A DNA stretch of 64,000 nt from a virus (lineage: Duplodnaviria; Caudoviricetes): positions 32,001-96,000 of IMG/VR virus record IMGVR_UViG_3300017700_000931; one strand, 5' to 3'. This document shows positions 26,496-35,522 of this stretch, one piece after another (position 1 is the stretch's first letter; each line of letters opens with the position of its first letter). A program made the translations under genes and the position numbers. The notes under the pieces are model-generated. The model did no database searches. It was not told where the DNA came from and saw nothing but the letters and a program-made list of their open reading frames with translations.

Positions 26496-26552
26496 TTTAT
26501 TATTAAATATATCACAAAGATACTAATGTTATTTGAATTAGCAATGATTTTT
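26496..26552 (-). promoter_or_regulatory. tRNA-cluster promoter, copy 2 of a 57-bp identical repeat
   Basis: Identical to 1597-1653; TATCTTTG at 26515-26522. Confidence 0.85.
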
Positions 26553-26557
26553 GTGAA

Positions 26558-27175
26558 TTATTTTTTCTTTTTTTTAGTTTTCCTTGATTTTACTGGTGTT
26601 TTGACAGATGCGGCGATAGAATCTTTTTTTGTCATTTCAACATAATTGAATGGTTTTTCCACTCCTCCGCTAAAATGTGCTGCCGCAGATAATGCAATTT
26701 CTAACTTTTCGTATGGCTTCATTTTAACATTTTGAAGAGCATACATGGCACCATCTGCTATTTCTTCACCACACCCAACTGATATAAAATTATCTTTAGT
26801 CATTGCTACTTGATAATCTTCATCAATCATATAAAGTTCACCTTTATATCCGACTAAGAAGGTCCCACCTTTATCATCACCATCTTTAAATCTTTGACTA
26901 TACCCACCTTTTCTAAAACACTCCTTGACTGAGTCAATAAATGTTGTTATCATGAAATCAAAATCAGATTGACCTTTCTTTTGTTTTGGTGCTTTATAAT
27001 GTGAAGACATTAATAATTGTCCCATCCTAAAACTTGATGTAAAACCCATTATAAATGGTCCTGTTTTGAAAACCTTAGTATCTCGTCTAATATGGATAGA
27101 TAATCCGCCAACACCAGCACTATCACCACCAATTATAACTTTATCCTGTTGAATTAATCCTACTATACATGTCAT
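26558..27175 (-). CDS. HslV/proteasome-like Ntn peptidase
   Basis: MTCIVG..GGDS N-terminal Thr nucleophile; K in TKVF; SVGCG. Confidence 0.75.
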   Translation of the reverse strand: MTCIVGLIQQDKVIIGGDSAGVGGLSIHIRRDTKVFKTGPFIMGFTSSFRMGQLLMSSHYKAPKQKKGQSDFDFMITTFIDSVKECFRKGGYSQRFKDGDDKGGTFLVGYKGELYMIDEDYQVAMTKDNFISVGCGEEIADGAMYALQNVKMKPYEKLEIALSAAAHFSGGVEKPFNYVEMTKKDSIAASVKTPVKSRKTKKKKK

Positions 27176-27225
27176 AGAGCGAAATTACACAAAAAAAGAC
27201 TCACTTACAAGGGTGAGTCTTTAAA

Positions 27226-28377
27226 TTATTTGAGTAATTCTTTGAAATTATCAATTTCCTTAGCATTTATGAATCGACCCATCGCTGGGCCATCTTCTAT
27301 TCCAGCATCAGTAGCATCTTTACCAGTAACACTTAAATTAAACTCTAAAAATGCTGCTAACATATTATCATCAAAAGAAATTAGCTTACCAAATTTCTTA
27401 ATTGAATCAGAATTAACGCCGGAACGCACTTGAAGCTTTTTATAGCCAACAATTGAATTAATTGCAAAATCCTTCAATGAAATTAAAAATGTAATAGCTT
27501 TGACTTCATTAGCTGAATATGTCAATTTGTTTAAATCTTTAGCCAATTGTGTTGGGTCATTATTTACTAATAACCAAGCAATTAATATGGCTGGGTCTCT
27601 TTCTTCAATAAAATCTTTGTTAACATCCAACCCAGTGAAAATCCAATCAAACAAATTGTATTTATTAATCAATTGTAAAAAATGAATTACCGATTTACTA
27701 GTTTTTAATCCCTTCAAGAATTCATCTCTGATTCTTTCTGGAGAAATATCTTTAAGACTTGCATCCTTTTGTAATGCTTTATCAACCGCTGGGTCTAATT
27801 CGGAACCAAACCTTCCCGCAAATCTAATTGCTCTCAGAATTCTAAGTCTATCTTCACCAAATCTATCTTCAGCAGAACCAACTGTTTTGACAACACCATT
27901 TTTTAAATCATCAATACCACCAACAAGGTCAACGACTTCGCCAGTATCGATATCATAAAATAATGCGTTAATTGTAAGGTCACGTCTTTTTACATCTGTT
28001 TCAATATTGGTGAATTCAACCTCATCCGGTCTTCTACCTGAACCAATATCTTTTCTGAATGTCGCTATTTCATATTCACCTGAATCGGAAAATACATTAA
28101 TAACACCAAATTGTTTTCCAGTTGGGAGTGTTTTGAGTCCAGCTTCTTTCATCATGGATTCAACCTTGTCTGGAACTGCATCAGTAGCTAAGTCCCAATC
28201 TTTTGGTATTTTACCAAGTAACGCATCTCTAACAGCACCACCAACCACAAATAATTTGTGCCCATTAGCAACAAATATGTTTTTTATTGCAATAATGTCT
28301 TGTGGAACCGGAATGTTCATTTTTACTCGACTTTCCATAATAAGACTTCTGATTTTATTTTTAATAAATTCTTTCAC
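27226..28377 (-). CDS. cca: CCA-adding tRNA nucleotidyltransferase
   Basis: VGGAVRDALLG, DWDLAT, RRDLTINAL, EDRLRILRAIRF; likely GTG start at 28377. Confidence 0.9.
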   Translation of the reverse strand: MKEFIKNKIRSLIMESRVKMNIPVPQDIIAIKNIFVANGHKLFVVGGAVRDALLGKIPKDWDLATDAVPDKVESMMKEAGLKTLPTGKQFGVINVFSDSGEYEIATFRKDIGSGRRPDEVEFTNIETDVKRRDLTINALFYDIDTGEVVDLVGGIDDLKNGVVKTVGSAEDRFGEDRLRILRAIRFAGRFGSELDPAVDKALQKDASLKDISPERIRDEFLKGLKTSKSVIHFLQLINKYNLFDWIFTGLDVNKDFIEERDPAILIAWLLVNNDPTQLAKDLNKLTYSANEVKAITFLISLKDFAINSIVGYKKLQVRSGVNSDSIKKFGKLISFDDNMLAAFLEFNLSVTGKDATDAGIEDGPAMGRFINAKEIDNFKELLK

Positions 28378-28412
28378 TTGCAAATATAAGTATTAATTTT
28401 TGGATGACCTAA

Positions 28413-30491
28413 TTATTTGATTGTTTTCTTAATGATTTTAACACCCTCATCAAATAATTGGCCTTGGTGAATAAGATTCAATAATGTATTTAAATTGATA
28501 TTACCAGAATTTTTACCAATAGTAACATTGTACCTACCATTTAAAGTACTATCAATATTCACATGATTAATTCTAAGTTGTTTTCCTTTATCAATTTCAT
28601 ATGTTTTATTAAGTTCTAATTTATGTTCACCCAATGCTTCCTTAGCTTCAATATATTGTCCTAATGCCTCATTGTCACCTCTAAATTCATAATCAATACT
28701 AACCAAATGCTCTAATATACCATTCAAATCATCTCCTTCAATATATTCGTTATCTAATAAAGCACTAACTTCCCAATGTGATATCTTATCAGGGTCTTTT
28801 TCATAAACAAAGCCAGCATATATTGCATCTGATTCACCACCACTTCTTAATCTAGATAATGTATCTGTTAGTACATTAGGATTAACATCATCAGCACTTA
28901 ATGCTTCATAAAATATTTCACTATAACCACCATCAGCCATATCTTCCGTACTAGTTTCTAAGACGAAATCCCAAAACTTATCAGATGCACCTTGGAAAAA
29001 ATCACGTAATTCATCAGCATTTTCAATATGGTCGAAAAAATATGTTGCTGGTATCGGTCTATCGTTTTCATCCATCAATGAATCAGTCTCAAAATGTAAT
29101 TGATACTTTTTACTACCATCAGCATTAGTATCTTTGTTAACAATTACGTATAATGGACCATCTTTACTATATCTTTCAAAATAATTGTCTGATTCTTCAG
29201 CGGCAGTACACCATTGAGTTCCTTTACCTATTAAGCAAGAAGCCCTTTCGGTTTTAGGTATCATTACCAACCAGTTTTCGTTTTCAAAAACCTTATCAAT
29301 TTCTTCTTTTTTTATCTTTCTAAGTTCGTCTGATTTACTGGTTGCTTGTGTTGGTTCGCCCTCAGCAAATGGCTTAACTACTAGATATAAATCACCAAGT
29401 GTTTTAAATTTATTTATATCTCTATTTTCTTTAGGAATCTTATTAATGAATTTACCAAATAGATTTAAGTACTCTTTCGCTTTATAAAAATCTTCTTCTT
29501 TTAAATTACCAGTTTTAAGTAAATTATATAACCAAGTGAAATATCCTTTATTAAAATTATCACCTTTTTTTGGATACAGGTCATTCAATTTATTGAATAA
29601 TTCGACATCACCTTTTAGTGCTGGAAATTTTTCTTTATTAGAATAGAATTGAGTCCATGCATCACCAACATTTATTTCGGTAACTAAAGCTTCCCTTAGT
29701 AGTTTTTTAATGACAGTATTTTTAAAATGATGCGCTAATTCTAATTCAGGTTTATTTGGTTCAGATTTTTTTACTGGTTCCATTTGTTTTTGATTTGATT
29801 CTGGTTCTTCAGTTGATTTTATTTCTGATTTTTTAACTAATTTTTTGTCAACAATTTCATAATTAGTATCATCAATCATACCGACATTATTATAATCAAA
29901 TCCATCTAATATTGCTATTTTTTGTTTTGGGAAACTACCCTTAACGATTGCAAAACATGCTTGACCAACTACTTCAGTAAAGATAGCCGGAATAGCTTCT
30001 TTTGGTGCTAATTTAGCATGCCTATTATATGAGGCGATTTCACCTTTAGCTGAAAAATCATGATTACCTAATATGTGCACAATATAATCATGAACTGTTC
30101 TAAAAACAATATTATCAGCAACGCTAAAAATTGGGTGATTAGAATGGTCAATACTAACCTTTAGGGTACCAGTTGCTTCAAAATCAGATTTCATCTCCTG
30201 TTGAGATTGATATTCTTCTCCATCTGCTTGATAAATAATTTTATAATCCTTACCTAAGATGTTGATAGTACCAACTTTACTTTTATCAGTAGAATAAAAC
30301 ACCACATTAACCTTAGATAACAATCTTTTAAATAAAGTATAATTAGATTGGTTTAAAGTATTCCAATGTTTAACTACCGATGAATCATAATCCGGTGCTT
30401 CCATATATGCTTGTGTGACTAGTTCACTGTATAGTGTCCAATCCTTTAGCATCAATTTTTCATTTAGTCTATTTTTGAGAAAAGTGTTCAT
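28413..30491 (-). CDS. large hypothetical protein (multi-domain, probably virion-associated)
   Basis: 692 aa; ATATTTAT upstream; LNE/LRE motifs; LIGKGTQWC..GPLYVI repeat-like domain. Confidence 0.7.
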   Translation of the reverse strand: MNTFLKNRLNEKLMLKDWTLYSELVTQAYMEAPDYDSSVVKHWNTLNQSNYTLFKRLLSKVNVVFYSTDKSKVGTINILGKDYKIIYQADGEEYQSQQEMKSDFEATGTLKVSIDHSNHPIFSVADNIVFRTVHDYIVHILGNHDFSAKGEIASYNRHAKLAPKEAIPAIFTEVVGQACFAIVKGSFPKQKIAILDGFDYNNVGMIDDTNYEIVDKKLVKKSEIKSTEEPESNQKQMEPVKKSEPNKPELELAHHFKNTVIKKLLREALVTEINVGDAWTQFYSNKEKFPALKGDVELFNKLNDLYPKKGDNFNKGYFTWLYNLLKTGNLKEEDFYKAKEYLNLFGKFINKIPKENRDINKFKTLGDLYLVVKPFAEGEPTQATSKSDELRKIKKEEIDKVFENENWLVMIPKTERASCLIGKGTQWCTAAEESDNYFERYSKDGPLYVIVNKDTNADGSKKYQLHFETDSLMDENDRPIPATYFFDHIENADELRDFFQGASDKFWDFVLETSTEDMADGGYSEIFYEALSADDVNPNVLTDTLSRLRSGGESDAIYAGFVYEKDPDKISHWEVSALLDNEYIEGDDLNGILEHLVSIDYEFRGDNEALGQYIEAKEALGEHKLELNKTYEIDKGKQLRINHVNIDSTLNGRYNVTIGKNSGNINLNTLLNLIHQGQLFDEGVKIIKKTIK

Positions 30492-30516
30492 GATTATAAA
30501 TATTCCCCAATAAACT

Positions 30517-30549
30517 AAAAAAACCCACCAATTAATTGGTGGGTTTTAA
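30517..30549 (-). terminator. intrinsic terminator after nadR-like gene
   Basis: AAAACCCACCA-ATTAAT-TGGTGGGTTTTTT. Confidence 0.75.
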
Positions 30550-30559
30550 GTTCTAATGA

Positions 30560-31690
30560 TTATCTTTCAAAGGATATTTTCTCCCAAGGTTTTTCTCTTA
30601 ATTCTCTTTGTTTTTCTTTAATGATGCTGATAGCATTCTGTAGACGTTGGTCACCTTTGCCCATCACAATCTTAAAATTAGCGTTATTAGCTTCTAATTG
30701 AGCCTTAATACGTAGAAAATGAAGAAGTCTATCTTTCTGTTCTGAGAAATCTCTTGTTCCATCATCTTTCCAAGCGATATCTGGGTAAGTTAATAAATAA
30801 AGGTCAATTTTACCAACATTTTGGTAAAATCCATTACCAAAAATTTGTAGTTTGATTAATCCATCGATTTTATCGGAATAATAGGTAACATCATCAGATT
30901 TATCAGAATTGTACCAATCATTCATATCGGTATACATTGATAAAAATGTTTTAGTAACAATTGCCTCAGTATCTACAAATATATATCGGCAATCCTTACG
31001 GTCCCTTTCACATATTCGCTCCGCTCTTAACATTGATTGATAATGTTCGCCAGCAATATGATAAAAATCTTCCGGTTTTAGGTCCTTGGTTTTAACTTTA
31101 TTTTCTGTATACCAACGTCCATATTCATCAACAACCATACCATCATATATTTCACCTAATTGGGTGGTCAGTGTTGATTTACCAGTAGATTCAGGACCAA
31201 TGATTGCAATTTTCATCCTGAAATAAGATTTTACTTCATCTGGAATATAGGCCCAATTATCAAAAGGATTTCTTCTAATGTCTGTCCCGGATATTGGAAA
31301 GGCTACTCGGTTCTTATCCACTAATACTGGCTCAACATTAAGACATTTAGCGAAAGCAAATACATAATCTTCCGAGGCGAATACTGCATCCAATTCTGGA
31401 ATATATGAATAAACTGAATCGTGCCAAATTTGCCAAAAATTTTCATTATCCTCTGGATATTGTGGGTTCTCATCTGGGCAATGGATAACGTTGATATTTT
31501 TTTCATTAATAAAAATATCCTTGGCCATCTTAAACCGGATTTCACCATCAATTGGCTCACAAAGACGTGAGCAAACCATAACATGAACTACTTCACATTG
31601 TTTAGCAGCCTCTCTTATCATATGGACATGCCCATTATGTATGGGCATAAATTTACCTAAGCAAAGTCCGTTTTTAAATCTTTTTTCCAT
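30560..31690 (-). CDS. nadR: NadR-like NMN adenylyltransferase / ribosylnicotinamide kinase
   Basis: GKFMPIHNGH (HxGH), ISGTDIR, GPESTGKST Walker A, DTEAIVT, W..DGTR. Confidence 0.85.
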   Translation of the reverse strand: MEKRFKNGLCLGKFMPIHNGHVHMIREAAKQCEVVHVMVCSRLCEPIDGEIRFKMAKDIFINEKNINVIHCPDENPQYPEDNENFWQIWHDSVYSYIPELDAVFASEDYVFAFAKCLNVEPVLVDKNRVAFPISGTDIRRNPFDNWAYIPDEVKSYFRMKIAIIGPESTGKSTLTTQLGEIYDGMVVDEYGRWYTENKVKTKDLKPEDFYHIAGEHYQSMLRAERICERDRKDCRYIFVDTEAIVTKTFLSMYTDMNDWYNSDKSDDVTYYSDKIDGLIKLQIFGNGFYQNVGKIDLYLLTYPDIAWKDDGTRDFSEQKDRLLHFLRIKAQLEANNANFKIVMGKGDQRLQNAISIIKEKQRELREKPWEKISFER

Positions 31691-32220
31691 AAAAAATATG
31701 CTTTAATCGACATTAAAAATAATACCACTTCTAGTATGGCAATAATATATAACCCTTGGTATAGCATCATACCACAAACTAATGTATTAACCACCATCCA
31801 TAATATCCACCCCTCTAGGTATTTATTACCCATATAATGGGTTGCCAATATAGCTATACCACTACTCATAGCATCTATATAGGGGGAGGGAGAATCAGTA
31901 TAGGTATCCATTATCCTACCCATAGGGATAGAAATAAGGGTGAAAATGATGATATGTGTTAAAAAATTAACATTTTGTGTTATTTTAAGCTCTAAATACT
32001 CTTCATGGGCACCTTTTCCCCATTTATACCATCCAAAAATGTTTGCAATGAAGAAAATTATCTGCAAAATTGCTTGTAAATAAATTTTTTCATTAAAATA
32101 AATGACGAAAAAGAGAATTATTGCAACAATTCCGAAAAACCAACACCAAATATTTTGTTTTGCTGTCAAATAAACACAAATCAATGTGAAAATCATTGCA
32201 GATATCTCCAAAAATTTCAT
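31657..32220 (-). CDS. pnuC: PnuC nicotinamide riboside transporter
   Basis: Multi-TM; AKQNIWCW, GWYKW, DA..S, KYLEGWILW. Confidence 0.85.
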   Translation of the reverse strand: MKFLEISAMIFTLICVYLTAKQNIWCWFFGIVAIILFFVIYFNEKIYLQAILQIIFFIANIFGWYKWGKGAHEEYLELKITQNVNFLTHIIIFTLISIPMGRIMDTYTDSPSPYIDAMSSGIAILATHYMGNKYLEGWILWMVVNTLVCGMMLYQGLYIIAILEVVLFLMSIKAYFLWKKDLKTDFA

Positions 32221-34193
32221 TATAAAGACATTTTGATTGTGATATAACCACTTAATGGTGCATTTACATAGAAATACCTAAGATTATCTACAACATACCC
32301 ATTAGTATAGTACCGTACACTGGTAATATTGTTAACCCTACCACTAATAGTATAGTCTTTATAGGTATACCCTATACTACCCCCATATATGATAAAAGAG
32401 GGGGTGGTGTAATTATTACTAAAATCTAAATACGAACTACTATGGTATTTGGCTGTAAAGGCTAAATTAAATGGTCCATACTTATAATTCAATTCAGCAT
32501 TGCTAACTACCGGAGGTGTATACAATGGTTGGAATTTCATTCCATTATCGTTTATTCGATTATAAGATAGGTTCGTATTATTATTCAGGGTCAATCTACC
32601 ATTTTCATTATCCAATAAAATAATTGATGTCTCGATTTCAATTCCACTTCTAAATGATTTATCAACATTCATCATTAATGGTAAACCGTTAGAGCCTAAA
32701 GCACCTATCAGGGTTATTTCATTTTTGAAATCCATGAAGTATAGATTACTTTTAAATTTGAATCTTTCACTCAAATAACTAAAACCAACCTCATAATCCG
32801 TAACCATTTCTGGATTTACTGCTGAATATGAAATTAGATTATCTTCGCCCATGAACATATCATTACGAGTAGGTTCTCGGTGAGATACTCCAACTGAAGC
32901 ATATGCTCTAAAATGTCTACAATAATTAAATACTACACCAGCTTTAGGATTAAAGAATAACCAATTTAAGTCCGGCATGACTACATCACCATTATATTCA
33001 AATGTAACATATCTTAATTGGGCATCCCCGAACAATGTGTACTTTCCGATGTCATAACCACCTTTCATGAATCCACTCAATTCATTCTTAAAACCTTTAT
33101 TAGTGTATAACCTATTTTCAACGTGAGGTAAAAGAGCCATACCATGTTCTCTATTGTACATATTACCATGGATTCCAATATTAGCATTTAATTTATCACC
33201 AGAATATTTGTAGTTGGACATCAGGCCATAAAAATTAGAGGCTAATTGGTAATTCAAAACATCGGTACCAGCACCTAATGGATTTAAATCCAAATCCCAC
33301 TCACCATCAAGACGATTATAATAAATTGTTGTATTAATTAATGATTTATTACCCAATCTTTGAGTATGTTGTACTTGAATAAAATTTTGAATGAAATTAT
33401 CATCCTCAACTGGTGTGTTATAATTAGTTCTTGGGTCTGCATTAATATCCAATTCGGAAACTGCATTCCAAGACATTTGATTTAATGACCGACCAGTGAA
33501 TCCTGAAAATTTGATTACACTATTTTTTAAATGGTAACCACCGCTCATGAAGAACGAATAACCCTTACTTCCAGAATTATATTTGTAACCATCAGTATCA
33601 AATGTAGAAAAATTAGTATAGATTGCTAACCCTTTATCATTAATCCCAGTGCTGTGCGAAACATTAAATCGTTTTGTATTAAAAGAGCCATAACCTAATT
33701 CTACTTCGGTGAATTCTTTCACACCACTTGGACTCTCAAAATTGATTGAACCAGCATAAGAGGAAACACCATTCGTAGATGTTCCAACACCACGTTGAAT
33801 TTGCATTGATTGAATATTATTTGAAAATCCGGGGTAGTTAGAGAAATAAACACCTTGGTCTTCTGGTTCATTAAGGGGAACACCATTAAGTGTCATATTA
33901 ATTCTAGTTTGGTCAATCCCTCTAATTCTAAAATAAGTATAACCTTGTGGATGACCACCATCCGTTGATGATGTGATTGAAGGGGTTTTATCCAAAACTT
34001 GTGAAACTTCTTCACCTTGATATCCGGTTTTAATATCATCTCGACCAAGTGTTGTTTCAGTGACTGGAGTTTTGTTATCAGCTCTAACGCCAGTAACACT
34101 TACACCCTCAAGTGTAATCATCTTAGTTGTATCTTCCTGAGCATGAACAAAAACAAGACTCAACAGAGTAATACAAAATAATAATTGTTTCAT
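32220..34193 (-). CDS. TonB-dependent receptor
   Basis: Signal peptide; plug YFRIRGID..RINMTLNGVPLND, GVGTS..GSINF; beta-barrel ending in hydrophobic C-terminus; TATCTTTG at 34212-34219. Confidence 0.9.
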   Translation of the reverse strand: MKQLLFCITLLSLVFVHAQEDTTKMITLEGVSVTGVRADNKTPVTETTLGRDDIKTGYQGEEVSQVLDKTPSITSSTDGGHPQGYTYFRIRGIDQTRINMTLNGVPLNEPEDQGVYFSNYPGFSNNIQSMQIQRGVGTSTNGVSSYAGSINFESPSGVKEFTEVELGYGSFNTKRFNVSHSTGINDKGLAIYTNFSTFDTDGYKYNSGSKGYSFFMSGGYHLKNSVIKFSGFTGRSLNQMSWNAVSELDINADPRTNYNTPVEDDNFIQNFIQVQHTQRLGNKSLINTTIYYNRLDGEWDLDLNPLGAGTDVLNYQLASNFYGLMSNYKYSGDKLNANIGIHGNMYNREHGMALLPHVENRLYTNKGFKNELSGFMKGGYDIGKYTLFGDAQLRYVTFEYNGDVVMPDLNWLFFNPKAGVVFNYCRHFRAYASVGVSHREPTRNDMFMGEDNLISYSAVNPEMVTDYEVGFSYLSERFKFKSNLYFMDFKNEITLIGALGSNGLPLMMNVDKSFRSGIEIETSIILLDNENGRLTLNNNTNLSYNRINDNGMKFQPLYTPPVVSNAELNYKYGPFNLAFTAKYHSSSYLDFSNNYTTPSFIIYGGSIGYTYKDYTISGRVNNITSVRYYTNGYVVDNLRYFYVNAPLSGYITIKMSL

Positions 34194-34251
34194 AATGGTT
34201 TATTTAGTTGACAAAGATAATAAATTTTTTTTGATTGACCAAATTTAATGA

Positions 34252-34281
34252 AAAAAAAATGGAACCCTAGGGTTCCATTTG
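34252..34281 (-). terminator. intrinsic terminator
   Basis: AAATGGAACC-CTAG-GGTTCCATTTTTTT. Confidence 0.75.
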
Positions 34282-34283
34282 AT

Positions 34284-34688
34284 TTATTTCTTAGGTTCTA
34301 AACCAAGAAGGTGTATTACTATTTCACCAATTGTTTTTCCATCATTAAGGTCTTTATAAACCTTATCCATTCTTATTCGCATTTCTTTGAAATTAGGAAT
34401 AGATGTTGTTTTAACTTCTGATGAAAATAATTTATCAGATAAAACCTTTTTAGCATTATTCCCATGGTGTTCAACATAGTGATTGATATTACCTGAGAAT
34501 ACTGTTGTATCTTTACCATTAGATACAATACTAATAAAATAATCTTCACCATTTACATTATAGGTGAAAACCTTTTGAAAGTAATTGTTGTCAGTGATAA
34601 ATAAATGCTTAGCTGTTTGTTTAAGATAAGCAATAATATTTGATTTAATTTGTACCTTTTTTTCTTGTGCGTTTTCAATTGTTTCCAT
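34284..34688 (-). CDS. hypothetical protein
   Basis: 134-aa ORF. Confidence 0.65.
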   Translation of the reverse strand: METIENAQEKKVQIKSNIIAYLKQTAKHLFITDNNYFQKVFTYNVNGEDYFISIVSNGKDTTVFSGNINHYVEHHGNNAKKVLSDKLFSSEVKTTSIPNFKEMRIRMDKVYKDLNDGKTIGEIVIHLLGLEPKK

Positions 34689-34701
34689 TTGTTTTGTTTT
34701 T

Positions 34702-34797
34702 TTAATTAAACTTTATTACTTTTGGGACAATCCGAACCATATTCGTTCATCCATTCTTACTCGAAGAATTTTAAGGTGGCTTTACTTTCTATTTCAT
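34702..34797 (-). other. mini-ORF with TAG, TAA and TGA in one frame (MK*KVKPP*NSSSKNG*TNMVRIVPKVIKFN*)
   Basis: ATG at 34797 with A-rich upstream; stops at codons 3, 9, 17, 32. Confidence 0.35.
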
Positions 34798-34817
34798 AAT
34801 TTATAACATTTATGTTG

Positions 34818-34888
34818 AGGTAGGGGGCAGAATCGAACTACCATATCACGACTTGCGGTCGTGCACTTAACCAATCAGTCACCCCACC
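34818..34888 (-). tRNA. tRNA-Cys(GCA), C33
   Basis: CACGA-CCGCAAG-TCGTG; U73. Confidence 0.8.
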
Positions 34889-34893
34889 TTTTA

Positions 34894-35154
34894 TTACCAA
34901 ATATTGGCTATAATTTCAGTATTTATTATTTCAATTTTTAATTTGGCTCTAAATTTAATACTACCCTTGGTGTGTGGATTTTCTGGTGTTTCTTTAGTAG
35001 AGAATCCAACTCCGGGAGACACATCAATATGATTAACATAATGCGTCAGACCCATATGTTTAATCACCCACATTGGTATCGTATTATCTTCGAGATTTTT
35101 CTTATTAAAGTGAAAAATTATTTCTCGTCTTTTTGTGTCATCAATGATTAACAT
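34894..35154 (-). CDS. hypothetical protein
   Basis: 86-aa ORF whose start overlaps the Pth2-like stop. Confidence 0.65.
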   Translation of the reverse strand: MLIIDDTKRREIIFHFNKKNLEDNTIPMWVIKHMGLTHYVNHIDVSPGVGFSTKETPENPHTKGSIKFRAKLKIEIINTEIIANIW

Positions 35155-35501
35155 GATAATACCCCTTTCCCCATTAATGGTAATGAACTAGTTAATTTAC
35201 GACTAGCCTCAGATGGGGCCAATGCAATTGCTGTTAATTCATTATTGATATCCGGTTCCCTAAATGGTGTTATCTTAATATAACGTTCAGCTGCTTTTAG
35301 AATGAATTGTTTTAACTCATCTTCATTAGCTACGGTTAGGAAAATTAAATAATTGGAATTTGTGTGCCAGTCTTTGGCCTCCGTTGGATGTCCATGTTGG
35401 AAATCGATTGCAGCATGAGCTGCTTGTACTGCTTGATAAGCAAGTGGTAAATCACGTCTAGTGATGACAATTAATTTGTTATTTTCAATCTAATTTTTCA
35501 T
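35148..35501 (-). CDS. Pth2-like peptidyl-tRNA hydrolase with in-frame UAG at codon 4
   Basis: ATG AAA AAT TAG ATT..., then 113 open codons: KLIVITRRDL..QAVQAAHAA..FREPDINNELTAIAL; missed by ORF track. Confidence 0.8.
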
Positions 35502-35522
35502 ACTTCTACTTTTTATTTTTAG

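Noticed and set aside
34194-34250. TPP or NAD riboswitch upstream of the TonB receptor
   Set aside because: The -7 box is within about 20 nt of the start, leaving no room, and no aptamer motif is seen.
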